Assembly: GCF_964188315.1 (NCBI RefSeq)
Contig: NC_135656.1
Location: 111,166,001-111,230,000, forward strand
Length of the DNA: 64,000 bases
Origin: Podarcis muralis
Lineage: Eukaryota
Direction of reading: 5' to 3'
Below the pieces are notes generated by a model. That model searched no databases, was not told the origin of the DNA, and was given only the letters and a program-made list of their open reading frames with translations. Position numbers and translations under genes: made by a program. Positions 35,760 through 49,278 of this stretch are shown here, one piece after another. Within the stretch, counting starts at the first letter, position 1. Each line of letters starts with the position of its first letter.

Positions 35760-36800
35760 GAGCATGCTGGCTACAGACCCGTCAAGGACACACTCCGGAA
35801 TAGAGACGCGGAGGGAAAGTCGGAAGAAACAGCCCGCGGCTGTTGGGACTGGCCACTTCGCGTTTGCGTTTTGGAAATCAAACAGAATTCCTGGCCCAAA
35901 TTAAGACGCGCCCCGGGGTTAGGAAACCCACGAGGCGGTAGCGGGGGGCTCACGAGCTGGGGCCAAGGCCGGGGGAGCAGGGGAAGCCACCGCGCCCATG
36001 CTGCCTCCCAGGAAGGCACGACAGGCGCCTCCGCCCCAGAATAACGCCGGGGAAAGCGGAGCAAAAAAGCGCACTTTGGGGAGGCGCCCGAGAGACGCGC
36101 CCCGTCCCGGGCCACCTGCGTACTCTACTGAAGCGGGGGGGGGGGGGGAGAGAGAGAGAAACGGGGGCGGAGGGCACCCCCCCAAAAAAATGCACCCTGG
36201 CCGCCCCCCTTTGACAACCGTCTGGGGGCAGGAGTGGATCTGCCCACCAGAAAGCTCCGATGGTTCCCACATTTCCTCTCCCGTCTCCAGGCTTCGCTTG
36301 CAGGCAGCAGACGCCCACCTGCGCAGATACCGCCCGCTTCTCCCGCGCTTACTGCAGCGCCCAGGACGCCCACCGCCCTCTCCTCCCCACTGCCTTGGCG
36401 GGGTGGGGGGTGGGAAGGCAAAGAAGCCCTGTCCCGCTCCTTCCTTCCCTTCCGCCGCGGAGCTCTTGCCTTGCCTCTGCGGGCGCGCCGTCGAAAAAAC
36501 AGGAGCGAAGACGCACGTGGCGAGCAGGAACCAAACTAAGACTCGCGGCGGGGGCGGGGCCTCTTCAAGGTTCGGCCGGGTAAACCACGCCCCCTCACCG
36601 AAGGCGACGTTTTCCTAGGCAGGGTTGGGTCCCAGCTGTGTGTTGCACCTGCGCAGTGCCGTCGGAGCCCGGCAGGTGTAAGCGCGCCCTTGATGGGCGA
36701 AGGCGGCCTTGGGAGCGTCTGGCAGCTTAGAGACCGGGCTCGTGGCTGGCGGGGCGCGCTGCGATTGGTTGGCTCCGGGAGCGAGGCTTGAGCGTGGGGG
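35760..36800. promoter_or_regulatory. CpG island, probable promoter and non-coding first exon of the - strand LRR gene
   Basis: Visibly GC- and CpG-rich with GC boxes (ggggcgggg) and a CCAAT box on the - strand (gattgg near 36763). Lies about 1.7-2.8 kb upstream of the spliced LRR start exon. Boundaries are approximate. Confidence 0.6.
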
Positions 36801-39800
36801 AAATCCTGCCGGCAAAGTTGCCTTGAGGGAGACCTTGAAAAGGCTGCAGCCCAAGAGTTGTTACAGGGTTGATTTTCATGCCAGGGACGCTTCTGGGATT
36901 TTTATTTCTCAATACATCAGTGTTTCCCAGACTTAGCTCTCCAGCTGATTTTGGTGGATGCAGGGACACCCAAAAGGTGCTCTGCTCCCTGCCAGGCTGA
37001 GGCATAGCTGTCAACCTTCATATTTGAAAATAAGGGATCAGCAGTCTTGAAAATAAGAGATCAGCAGCTTCACCTGTCCCGGGGACAGTCTACGGGATAT
37101 CTAACAATCTGGGATAGCAGTGGGAAGCAGCGGAAAACAGCACTGGAATAAGGGAATCTCCCGCAAAAAAAGGGAAGGTTGACAGCTATGGGCTGAGGAG
37201 CTGTGGGGTCTCCTTCTCACAGTGGAGTGGCCCCCTCCTGTTCCTTTTCTCAACGCCACAAGCAGGCAGAAACTCCGCCCGGCTCCACCTGCAGACGCAG
37301 CTACAGGCGTCGCCCACTAGTCCCTGAATGCTCTGCAGGCCCCATCCTCAGGTCCCCTGCAATACAGTGGTACCTCAGGTTAAGTACTTAATTCGTTCCG
37401 GAGGTCTGTTCTTAACCTGAAATTGTTCTTAACCTGAAGCACCACTTTAGCCAATGGGGCCTCCTGCTGCCGCTGCGCTGCCGGAGCACGATTCCTGTTC
37501 TCATCCTGAAGCAAAGTTCTTAACCTGAAGCACTATTTCTGGGTTAGCGGAGTCTGTAACCTGAAGCGTATGTAACCTGAAGCATATGTAACCTGAAGCG
37601 TATGTAACCCGAGGTACCACTGTATTAGCAACAGAAGCAGCAACCAGCTTCTTTCTTTCTTTTTAATATTTTTTATTCAAAATTAAAACAAAACATATTA
37701 TCCAAAAATATATCACCCTTATTCCCCCCCCCTCCCGTTTTTCATCCCTCCCCCCACCCTCCCACACAAAACCCACCCACCCCCACCTTCCCTCAGTTCC
37801 AGTCTTTGGTTTCTCTGAGAATGCTGTTTCCTGCATGTTACAAAGTTGTATAGATCCTCAAACTATTTAGCTGATTATTATCAATAAAAGGTTTGTGTAT
37901 GTTTATTCAAAGTATCAACCAGCTTCTTTCGACGCCGGACCCTGATCTGCAGATGCTCTGGTGGGCCCCTGCCATCGAGGGCGCCGCCTGTAAATCACCA
38001 GGTGGGGAGAGATGCTATTTCTTATTTAATAATACTTCTTGTATTTTTTATTCTTTTGCACCCTCTCAACAGCTCAACACCCTATTCTGCTCTAAATCCA
38101 GAGCTGGCCCAGCATCTCTGTGTAAGGTTGGGAGACGGTGGCATAACGTAGGTTGCCAGTGCCCGGGGCAGGCAAGCCACCAACACCACTGAAGCACCCC
38201 ACCCCAGGGATTCCCGCTGCCCCTGCCCCCTTTTACCCATTAATATGGGCTTCCTCAAGCCTCATTCATTTAGGTTCAAAACTCCATTCATAAAGTACCT
38301 CTTTGCTCAGATCCCTGACAGCCACGCAACAGCGGCCCTCAGGGTCAAGAGGAAAATGACACCAACATATCTGCAAAGGCATTGCATCTGCCTGGGGAGG
38401 CCAGCTCAGTTTGCAGAAGGAGCCTGCGACTCCGGGACAACACAGGAAATCATTGAATATGGCAAACATAGTGATTCACTGAATCTACATATTGGCTCAA
38501 TGTTATTCTATGAGAAAACTTTAGAAGCGCATAAGATATCACTCGGCGTATCAGTCTTCTCTGTTCCAATGGCATTTAGGACCCAGGGAAGTGAGGTTTC
38601 AGGAGAGGGGTTAGCAAGCCCACTCCAGTTTGCCATAATCCCCGAGATGTAGAGTTTTGGATTTGATATCCCGCTTTATCACTACCCGAAGGAGTCTCAA
38701 AGCGGCTCACATTCTCCTTTCCCTTCCTCCCCCACAACAAACACTCTATGAGGTGAGTGGGGCTGAGAGACTTCAGAGAAGTGTGACTGGCCCAAGGTCA
38801 CCCAGCAGCTGCATGTGGAGGAGCGGAGACGCGAACCCGGTTCCCCAGATTATGAATCTACCGCTCTTAACCACTACACCACAATCAGATCTGCAGAAGC
38901 TTTCCAAGGAGTCATAACCGGTGATATCCTGCCAGGCGGTTAACCATCTCATTCACAATGCTTACTCACCCCATAGTGGAATTAAACCCTAACAAGACAA
39001 CGGGGTGTATCTGACATGACTCAGGAAGTAAGGAATTGTACTTTCTATTGTACTGTAATGGAGTAAGCAAAAAAACCAAAACACCTATACTTGATTGAGA
39101 GGGGTGTGCCTGGATCTCAGATTTCTGCCTGACACCATACCTTTTCTGTGATATATCTATGATGTTTTGAGGATGCATCTAGAAATGTATTACGCCAGAG
39201 TTTCTCAAACTTGGGCCTCCAGCTGTTTTTGGACTACAACTCCCATCATCCCTAGCTAGCAGGACCAGTGGTCAGGGATGGTGGGAGTTGTAGACCAAAA
39301 ACAGCTGGAGGCCATGGGCATAGCCAGGGTTTTTGTTGGGGGCCAGGACTTGATGGGGGGCAGAACTGACGTGATTGGTCAGTTAGTTCAGTATTTCTGT
39401 TGTTTTACTTGATCTGGGGAGGGGCAGCAGCTGGCCCCCTCCTCCCCCCTTGGCTAAGCCCATGCTGGAGGTCCAAGGCTGAGAAACACTATACAGGATT
39501 ATGGGAAACTCTGAAAACTTTCAAAACCTGAAGTAACCATTTTTCCTGGTTTCTGGCTGCTTCATCTTTGGAGCTGGAAGTCTTGTTGCGACAATAAATA
39601 TCTGGCCTCCTGGCTGCTGTTTTGCTTCTGAAGCCTTTCGCTTGTGACCCCCGATCTGAACCCATGAGATTTGGGACTACAGTGGCACCTCGGGTTACAG
39701 ACGCTTCAGGTTACAGTCTTTGCTAACCCAGAAAAAGTACCTCTGGTTAAGAACTTTGCTTCAGGATGACAACAGAAATTGCACAGTGGCAGCAGTGGGA

Positions 39801-42756
39801 GGCCCCATTAGCTAAAGTGGTACCTCAGGTTAAGAACAGTTTCAGGTTAAGAATGGACCTCCAAAACGAATTAAGTTCTTAACCCGAGGTACCACTGTAG
39901 TTGGCTCCGAAGAGCGCCCCTCCCCCGCTGGTTCCCTGCCACGGAAAGGAGCCCAAAGATAATCTCTAGCCTAACCTCCTGCCATGCAGTTATCTCAACT
40001 AAAGCATCCATGACCGTCCAACAACATCTGCTTAAAAACCTCCAAGGAAGGAGAGGCCAAGAACTCCCCCCTACCACTATTGCCCCTCCTATTTGCCCCA
40101 GCTACACCCCCCTCCCGTTACCCACACACACACACCGCCCCACAGCCTTAGAGGCAGATCAGCCTCCCTTGCCTACAGATCACAACTTGCAGCCTCCACC
40201 GAAACCACGTGGCGGCCGAGAACCAAAACAATGCAGCGGCTGCGGAGGAGGAGGCGAGGTGGGCGGGGCCCTTCCCATGCTCTGCACCTCCAAGCCACGC
40301 CCCTCATTGACCACGCCCCTTTCGCTCGCTCACAAAAACAAGGCTGGCTGAAGATGCACATCAAAGCTTACAGTTCTTGTGAGCTCCAACATCAGCAGAA
40401 GTCAGGCACGGTGTGCACGCTGTGCCTTAAGGGGTGTGTTTGTGTGTGCGATGTTCTGGTTTTCTTATCTATATCCAATCAAGTTCTGCCCCCCCCTCAT
40501 GAGAACTTTTGTTATTATTATTTAAGCAACTAATCAGGGCCATCTTAAGCATATCCGGCGCCGTGGTGCAAAGATCCCACCGGTGGCGCCCCCCCCCAAT
40601 TTCCCAGAGTTGTTGACCTTTTTAAGGGGGGGACCCCAAAGTTGTTGACCTTTTGTAGGAAAGGCTCCCCAGAGTTGTTGACCTGAAATTGGGAATTCCA
40701 CAGATTTCACTACAGGGAAGGAGAGGCAAGATCTGGGGGTGAGGGGAACCTACAACCCTTCCTTTACTGGATGAAAAGAGAGAGATAAAGTGGGACAGAG
40801 GAANNNNNNNNNNNNNNNNNNNNNNNNNNNNNNNNNNNNNNNNNNNNNNNNNNNNNNNNNNNNNNNNNNNNNNNNNNNNNNNNNNNNNNNNNNNNNNNNN
40901 NNNNNNNNNNNNNNNNNNNNNNNNNNNNNNNNNNNNNNATTAAACATACTTTTACATCTTATTCAATTTTTTTGACTTCCATCAGTCCTGTCTGAAAATT
41001 TCCCAATCTAATCTCTCAGTATGCATTTCTTAGCTTCCCTATTACATTTCAAACTCATAACCAATATCTCTATCTTTTTCTACTTTGTAACGCTTTGTAT
41101 ATTTCTCCTTACAAAACTTTTTGTAGTCCCACTAGCGTAATTTGTTGATTACAGTTGCTCTTCAAATAATTCATATACTTCTTCCAATCTTCTGTAAATC
41201 TCTGGTCCTGCAGGTTTCGAATCCTTCCTGTCATCATGGGAGCTGGGCATGTTTAGCCTGGAGAAGAGGAGGTTAAGGGGTGATATGATTCCACCTAAAC
41301 ATTAGGAAGAACTTCCTGACAGTAAGAGCTGTTTGACAGTGGAATTTGCTGCCAAGGAGTGTGGTGGAGTCTCCTTCTTTGGAGGTCTTTAAGCAGAGGT
41401 TTGACAACCATATGTCAGGAGTGCTCTGATGGTGTTTCCTGCTTGGCAGGGGGTTGGACTCGATGGCCCTTGTGGTCTATTCCAACTCTATGATACTGGT
41501 ACCTCGGGGGTTTTTAACACAAACACACACGCCAACCCCGGTTGCTCCCTGATCCCCTCAAAGTGAGTGGGTGTGGTGGGACAGCAGCAGATTGTCCTCG
41601 CCCACAACCACACATGCAGGTGTGCATGTGCAGTCCACTGCATTTCGCAACGCTACATAAGGGAGAAATAAAAATGCACTTGGGAAGCCGCCGCTCTGAA
41701 AAGGAAGAGACGGGGTCCTTGCTTGCTGGTGGGGAGCTCTGACAGGGAGCTGCTGAGAGAGACTCCAGCATCCTCTTCGAAACCATTCTTTGGGGCTCCC
41801 CTCCCGTGCTCCTGCCATGCACAGGAGGCGTGGGAAGCAAGCTGGACACCGGGGCGTGCAGGGAAAGGGGAGGCCACCGGCAAAGCTGCGCAGCTCCCCC
41901 ACTCGCTGGGGCGCCCCTGAGATGTCTGTGCCGTGGCACAACGCGCCACTAAGCCCTGTGGGAAAGGCGGCTCTGCAACTAATGTGGAAATGTAGAGAAC
42001 TGAGTTTAAGGCTGGAAAAATGACAACGTGAACTCAAAAAGGACAAATTGGCTCACCCTTAAGAACCAAGCAACACCTGCATTTAGAGCACAGTGGCCCT
42101 TGATTCTCTCACCGCTGCTGTTTTGTTGTTCTTGTCCTTCTGTTTAGCTAATACAGTGGTACCTCGGGTTAAGAACATATTTCGTTCTTAACCTGAAACT
42201 GTTCTTAACCTGAGATACCACTTTAGCTAATGGGGCCTCCCCCGCCGCTGTGCGATTTCTGTTCTCATCCTGAGGTAAAGTTCTTAACCAATGGTACTAT
42301 TTCTGGGTTATTGGAGTCTGTAACCTGAAACATCTGTAACCTGAAACGTCTGTAACCCGAGGTACCAATATAAAACTAAATTGAAAGGGTTTTTTTTAAA
42401 TATATATATATATATACAGAGAAGGGGAGCACCACTTCCCTCTTTCTTGAGACAGGGGTCTGACGCTTTTGTTAAGGAAGTAAGAAAGGGATTGTGAGAA
42501 ACTCTCTCAACTCCTCAGCAGCGGCGGGGAAGGACAGAGTTGTTTATCCGTTAAAAGGAGGAAGGAGAAGGAACATAACAGAAACCAAAAGGAGCTATTG
42601 CCTCTCCCCAATTCATTATTAAAAATAGATGTGGAGAGCACAATAAGGGCAAGGCTTAATCCATTGTTATCCTCAGTGGGGCTCTTGTATGCCCCAGAGC
42701 TTGCCCTCCCTTGAAGTAGAAGCAGGAGAGTAAACACCTTGGCAGTAACAGGAATC

Positions 42757-42769
42757 AGAAAACGAAACC
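42757..42769 (+). promoter_or_regulatory. ISRE/IRF-E-like motif AGAAAACGAAACC upstream of the TRIM-C ATG
   Basis: Matches GAAANNGAAAC; about 32 nt before the ATG at 42802. Confidence 0.4.
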
Positions 42770-42801
42770 AAGGCTGTCGTTTCGCCCAGGGAGAGGCAGA
42801 C

Positions 42802-43194
42802 ATGGCAGCAGGAATGCCTGAGAAGCAGCTTCTCGAAGAAGTGACTTGCTCCATCTGCCTGGACTATTTCGAAGATCCAGTGACTACAAACTGTGGGCAC
42901 AATTTCTGCCGAGCCTGCCTGAGAGATGGGCTGGAGAAGAACCCTTTTTGCCCTCAGTGCAGAGCAGCCTTGAAGCCACGGCAATTCAAGCCCAACAGGA
43001 AACTGGCAAACATGGTCGAAATAATCAGGAAAATTGAGGAGGGGAAAAACGCTAACCTGTGTAAGGGGGACCAGGAACCCTGCAAACTCTTCTGCAAGGA
43101 TGACCAGGTCCTCATATGCGTGATCTGCAACCTATCCAAGGAGCACCGAGATCATCAGGTCGTCCCTGTGCAGGAGGCTGCCCAGGAGTATAAG
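42802..43194 (+). CDS. TRIM-C exon 1: RING (C3HC4) plus B-box2 (TRIM39/TRIM27-like class IV TRIM)
   Basis: gacATGg; EEVTCSICLDYFEDPVTTNCGHNFCRAC…CPQC; B-box CKGD…CKDD…CVIC…HRDH; donor aag|GTAGGG. Confidence 0.92.
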
Positions 43195-44039
43195 GTAGGG
43201 AATTGCCACTGTTTGGGGGTCCAGATGGATAGAGCAGGAGGAGACACAATAGATGAGTCTGAAATGGTACATGGTGTGGAGAGCACTGCTGTTCTTTTAT
43301 TTAAGCCAGCACTAGGCAGAAGGTGGGACGCGGGTGGCGCTGTGGGTTAAACCACAGAGCCTAGGACTTGCCGATCAGAATGTCGGGGGTGAGCTCCCAT
43401 TGCTTGATCCCTGCTCCTGCCAACCTAGCAGTTCGAAAGCACGTCAAAGTGCAAGTAGATAAATAGGTACCACTCCGGCGGGAAGGTAAACAGCGTTTCC
43501 GTGCGCTGCTCTGGTTTGCCAGAAGCGGCTTAGTCACGCTGGACACATGACCCGGAAGCTGTACGCTGGCTCCCTCGGCCAGTAAAGCGTGAGCGCCGCA
43601 ACCCCAGAGTCGGCCACAACTGGACCTAATGGTCAGGGGTCCCTTTACCTTTACAGGCAGAAGGTAGTTTGGGATCTGCTGGTGGAACTGTAGGTGATTT
43701 GCAATAGGTTAGAAAGGCCTCTTGATTCCCAAATGTTTAATAATAATAGCACAATTGTAGTTAAGCGGCATATAAAGTGTTTAAGTGTTTAAATAAACGA
43801 AAGACCTACAATCTAAGTATGCAAAATAGAGGTGGGGTCATGTAGCGAATCACAAGAGGATTGTGTCGGTGGTGGTGTTGTCGTTGTTGTCGCCCCGGCA
43901 GCCAAAACCAGGAAGCTTTGAAATTAAGAGCTGGGCCTCATCTACAGTCCATCGGATCAGACTTGGCTTTATAAGGAACTCAGTTGGGGGAAACTGGACT
44001 GGCTGACTAAGCAAAAGTCTTTTTTTTCTGTTTGTGCAG

Positions 44040-44135
44040 GGGAAAATCGTGGCCCAGCTCCAAGCCCTGGAGAAAAAGAGAGAAAACATTTTGCACCGGG
44101 AACAGGCTGAAGATGAGAAGAAGCAGAAATATTTA
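44040..44135 (+). CDS. TRIM-C coiled-coil exon (96 nt)
   Basis: tgtgcAG|GGG…TTA|GTAGGT; GKIVAQLQALEKKRE…KQKYL. Confidence 0.9.
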
Positions 44136-45004
44136 GTAGGTGTTTGTTCCTCCAGCTCCAGTACTGGGGATGAACATTTTGGAAGTCGAACGGACTTCTG
44201 GAACAGATTCCGTTCAACTTCCAAGGGATGACCGTACTACCAATTTCACACAAGCTCATTCTTGTCATTGTAGACACATGCAAAGCAGATGCTCCCCCAG
44301 ACATTTCCAAATGACGGAATTATTCAAAATGCAATTTAAAACAAGCAATTTAAACTATCCTCAATGCACATTTTGAACCGACATAGCCAGCGGCGGAGAA
44401 CGGGCGGGGCGGTGCAGGCGGTCTGCCCCAGGTGTCATCCCTGAGGGGGGGTGACAACCCCCCCCCCGGGTGGATCACCGCCACGCCAATAGGGATGCCC
44501 ATAGGGACGGGACAGGACATGCGGTGCCAGTAGAGACAGGGTGCACCGTGGGGCCTCAGCTGATCTACAACTGGGGGGAGGCAGTGGGCGGACAGTGGCT
44601 GTGCCATGCAGTCCCATCCTGTCCCCCGTGCGCACCACGTCCCTATGGGCGGTTCGCCTTGCCCCTATGGGCAGTTTGCCCCGTCCCTTGGCATGCCGCC
44701 CCAGGTGCCCAAGAGGCTTCCTCCGCCGCTGGACGTAGCAGGCTGTTGAGGTATAAGGTGCCCAGAAAACCTTTTAAGAGAATACATGGGTACGGGTCTT
44801 GTGGAGACCGTCAGTACTTGCCAGAGGAAGGGAAGCATCATGATGTCAAAACGATCAACAATTATCTGACATTCAGAAGACATCTTAAGGTAGCCCTGTT
44901 CAGGGAAGTTTTTAATGTGTGATTTTAGTTTATTTTTGGTCTCTGTGGAAGCTGCCCAGAGTGGCTGGGGAAACCCAGCCAGATGGGTGGGGTACAAATA
45001 ATAA

Positions 45005-45057
<53 letters not shown>

Positions 45058-45553
45058 GTGCCAAATTACAGTGGTACCTCGAGTTACATACGCTTCAGGT
45101 TACAGACGCTTCAGGTTACAGACTCTGCTAACCCAGAAATATTGCTTCACGTTAAGAACTTTGCTTCAGGATGAGAACAGAAATTGTGCTCCGGTGGCGC
45201 GGCAGCAGTGGGAGGCCCCATTAGCTAAAGGTTAAGAACGGACCTCCAGAACGAATTAAGTACTTAACCCGAGGTGCCACTGTAATTCGTTGCTACAGGC
45301 ACATACTGTTGCTTAATTTGGAGGGGTTGTATGTCCTCCCCGCTCACCCCCCTAAAAATCTGCTCTGGACGTTCCCCTATCCCCCTGGAGCAGATTTGAG
45401 GTCGCCTGGGGATTGTAGAAAAGGAAAGGGGAATTCTGTTGTGTGAACAGAAGTGTGTTGTGCAAGTGGGACAACAGCGTCGGATACAACCCAGTCTCCT
45501 ATTCGCCTGTTTGCCACCTTTCCTTATGTCTCTCTTCCCCCTTGCCCCTCTAG

Positions 45554-45784
45554 TCACAGGTGGGATTGGAGAAACTCAATATCAGGTGTGTTTTCAAGCA
45601 AATGCAGAAGTTCCTTAAGGAAAACGAGCGCCGTTGGCTGGCCCAGCTAGGAGATCTGGAGAGAGAGGTTGAGAAGACATGGAAAGAAAATGTTGCCAGC
45701 CTCTCCGATGAGTCTTTCCGCCTCAACACGCTTATGAGCGACATGGAGAGGAAGAGGCAGCAGCCAGACAGCAAATTCTTGCAG
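45554..45784 (+). CDS. TRIM-C coiled-coil exon (231 nt)
   Basis: cccctctAG|TCA…CAG|GTGAGA; SQVGLEKLNIRCVFKQMQKFLKENE…QQPDSKFLQ. Confidence 0.9.
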
Positions 45785-46800
45785 GTGAGATTTGAGACGG
45801 AGATGGATCCCACTCTCTTGTTATGAAAAAACGCGCCTAGACTTTCCATTGTTGCACCCATAACCTAGGTTTAAGGTGACATTTACCTCCTATCTTTCAT
45901 ATCTCAGCTTCTAACACTGTACAGTGGTACCTCAGGTTACATACGCTTCAGGTTACAGACTCCGCTAACACAGAAATAGTACCTTGGGTTAAGAACTTTG
46001 CTTCAGGATGAGAACAGAAATCGTGCTCCAGCGGTGCGGCAGGAGGCTCCATTAGCTAAAGTGGTGCTTCAGGTTAAGAACAGTTTCAGATTAAGAACGG
46101 ACCTCCAAAATGAATTAAGTACTTAACCTGAGGTACCACTGTACAGTCATACCTCGGGTTACAGCCGTGTCAGGTTGCATTTTTTTGGGTTACGGACCGC
46201 CGAAACCCAGAAGTACCGGAACGGGTTAGTTCCGGGTTTTGGCAGTTGCACATGCTCAGAAGAACTAAATCGCACTTTGCACATGCGCAGAAGTGCTGAA
46301 TTTCAACCCGCGCATGTGCAGATGCGCAGGCGCAGGTTAGGAATGCTGTGGGTTGCGAACATGCCTTCCACATGGATCACGTTCGCAACCTGAGCGTCCA
46401 CTGTATAAGAATTATTAAATAAGTCTGAAACAAGGCAACTGACACAGGCATCCTTCAAAATTTGCACGTCTCTTAATTTTGCCGCGCACGTCTCCAGCAA
46501 AACACTGGGTACAAAAACGCGTATAATGAGGTAAAAATGTATACGCCCATGAAAATAGCATCAAAATGCATTGTATTAAGGGAAATGGATGTACAAAAAT
46601 GTGTATATTTGAGGGAGAAATGCATAGAAAAATGCACATTTATTAGGAGACTGATGAATTTCCATGAAGGACTTCCATCGCAAATAGTTTTGGAAATGTC
46701 GAGAGCTGCATTTAGGGCTGCCAAAATCAGAAGCTGCAGGAAAGTGGAATTAACAGATTCACCTGTCCCAACCTGAGACCCATTTCTCTCTCTCTTTCAG

Positions 46801-46823
46801 GACATCAAAAATACCCTGAGCAG
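46801..46823 (+). CDS. TRIM-C 23-nt micro-exon (DIKNTLS-R)
   Basis: tctttcAG|GACATC…GCAG|GTATGT. Confidence 0.88.
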
Positions 46824-47623
46824 GTATGTGACTCTTCCTCTCTCTGCTTGCTGTTCTTTCTGGTTTTGATGGTCTCTTGCAGCAAAAGCAACAAAGGATA
46901 TTGCGGCACCTTTAAAGACAAATGGATTTATTCGGGTGTGTAAGCTTCCGTGGATGACTGTTCCCTTGATCGGATACCTGATGTTGTTACCATGAGTTTC
47001 AGGAACATAGCTACATAGTTGGAGAGGGAGGGGCAGTATCGTAAACAGTGAGGTCAAAAGGAAGTGAAGGTTTTGAGCAGCGGACTCCTCTCTCTTTCGC
47101 TTTCACTTTGTCTCGCTCTCTAACACTCACTCACCAATTACAGCGGTACCTCGGTTTACGAATGTAATCCATTCTGGAAGACCATTTGAGTTCTGAAACG
47201 TTCAAAAACCGAAAACAGTCGACAATTAGGCTTCAGGATCTTGCACACAGCAGAAGCTGCGTGGCATATTCAACTTCCGAGATGTGTTCGGAAACCGAAG
47301 CATTTGCTTCTGGGTTTACGGCGTTCATAAACTGAAATGTTCGACAATGGAGACGTTCGAAAACCGAGGTATTGCTGAAGGAACCTTGTCACGAGTAAAT
47401 AAGATATCCGGTCTGCCGCTTCATGCTACAACGGGATAAGGTTCTTCTGGTGCTGCTGAACTACAGCTCCCATCATGCCTGACCATTGCCCATGCTGGCT
47501 GGGGCTGATGGGAGTTGTAGTCTAACAATATCTGTAGGGTCATGGATTCCTTGTGATTCAGGCCTGCAGGAGGAGACAGTGCTTTCAAACCATTCTTTTA
47601 ACTGGCTCTCAACTTCTTTCCAG

Positions 47624-47739
47624 GTATCAGGAGGGGCAACTGAGGCAGGTGGTGGAGCTTTCTCCAGGGCCTGAGGAAGGACTCAGAAGTTACTCTCATA
47701 AAAGTCTGGTTCTCAAAAAGGTCATGGAAGAAATTGAAG
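47624..47739 (+). CDS. TRIM-C linker exon (116 nt)
   Basis: ctttccAG|G…GAAG|GTATTG, phase 2 to phase 1; YQEGQLRQVVELSPGPEEGLRSYSHKSLVLKKVMEEIE. Confidence 0.85.
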
Positions 47740-49251
47740 GTATTGGGGGACAGCTCTAGGAGGCGGGCGGGTTTTCCAGACTGGGTGCATGCAAAGCGAG
47801 GGGCTGGCTTTCTCTGCAATGTCCCAGGTGTCTGACAGGTGAGGCTGTGTCACACCTCTTCCCGTTTCCTAAAATGGGGCTCAGGGTGTCTTCCGTAAAA
47901 GGATGCTCCTCATCAAAGGTCACCTCTGCACCAAACATTTGAAGCACTGTTATTATATCACTTTAACAGTCATGGCTTCCCACCCCCTGGGAATGGTAAC
48001 TTGTCCTGGGAATCCTGGGAATGGTAACTTGTCAAGAGTGCAGAGAAATCTTCTCACTTCACAAAACTACAATGCTGGGAGTAGTTTAATAATCAGATCC
48101 TTCTGAGAACTGTAGCTCTGTAAGAGGAATGAGGGTCTCCCAGAGTTTGGAGACCCACAGACCACATTATACTGGCTTATCAGGAATGTCACAAAACAAT
48201 GCCACCACAAACTGGCTTATAAGTATAAAACCAAATTTACTAGAATAATAACTAGAATAGAGATAGACTTGTAACCATTCAAACAACAAACATACTAAGG
48301 TGCCATGTGCAAGACAAAGCCTGGAGATACTGTAAACATGGAGTGGATAAATGTACAACTCTATCTTAACAAGTTACACGTGCAGTAAACGTTATAGTAA
48401 AGGTAAAGAGACCCTTGACCATTAGGTCCAGTCGTGACCGACTCTGGGGTTGCGGTGCTCATCTTGCTTTATTGGCCGACGGGGCCGGCGTCTCCTGTTT
48501 CTTCTCTTCCCTTGGTTTTCGTTGCCAAAGCAAGTGTGGTGGCAGCAGGGTTTTCTCTCCATCTCTCTGTCATCAACAAATGTGCACTCCAAAAAAGGAA
48601 CCAAAAGAGTCTGAAGCAGAGACCAGAGGAAGATCCTGCGCTGCCGAATCCAGGGCGCCCCAAACGGCGGAATTTATGCCATTGTAAAGTGGCCCCTTAG
48701 GGAAAGTATTCCTGTATTGTAGTCAATGTCATGCCTACTCAAAGTAAACTTATTGAAATTAATGGCCATGGGCATGTTAGGTCCAGTAATTTCAATGGGT
48801 CTACTCTGAGTATGAGACATACAGCTGCTGGGTGACCTTGGGCTAGTCACACTTCTCTGAAGTCTCTCAGCCCCACTCACCTCACAGAGTGTTTGTTGTG
48901 AGGGAGGAAGGGAAAGGAGAATGTTAGCCGCTTTGAGACTCCTTTGGGTAGTGAGAAAGCGGGATATCAAATCCAAACTCTTCTTCTTCTTCTTCTTCTT
49001 CTTCTTCTTCTTCTTCTTCTTCTTCTTCTTCTTCTTCTTCTTCTTCTCCTCCTCCTCCTCCTTCGATTCTTCCTCTCCATCAAGTTGCTTCCCTTTACAC
49101 ATAAAGCAGTTTTCAAATTTTTAAAGAAGAAGCATAGATTTCTTCACTAGAGTTATTTAAATGCTGGTCGTACAAAGTTATTTTGTGATTGACTCATGTT
49201 GCTATGTGCCTCACCTGAAGTAAATTTGTCCTCCTTTCCTTCCCATAACAG

Positions 49252-49278
49252 AGTCTTTGGAAGAAGCACTGCGCAAAG
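49252..49278 (+). CDS. TRIM-C 27-nt micro-exon (E-SLEEALRK)
   Basis: cataacAG|AG…AAAG|GTAATT. Confidence 0.88.

Noticed and set aside
35661-37014. Many overlapping 60-206 aa ORFs on both strands
   Set aside because: GC-rich CpG-island sequence with few stop codons; no recognisable domain or exon structure.
48921-49150. Poly-Phe/poly-Leu/poly-Lys ORFs (also the poly-Asn/Tyr/Ile ORFs near 3.7, 10.1, 45.0 and 55.5 kb)
   Set aside because: Translations of (TTC)n and (AAT)n retroposon tails.
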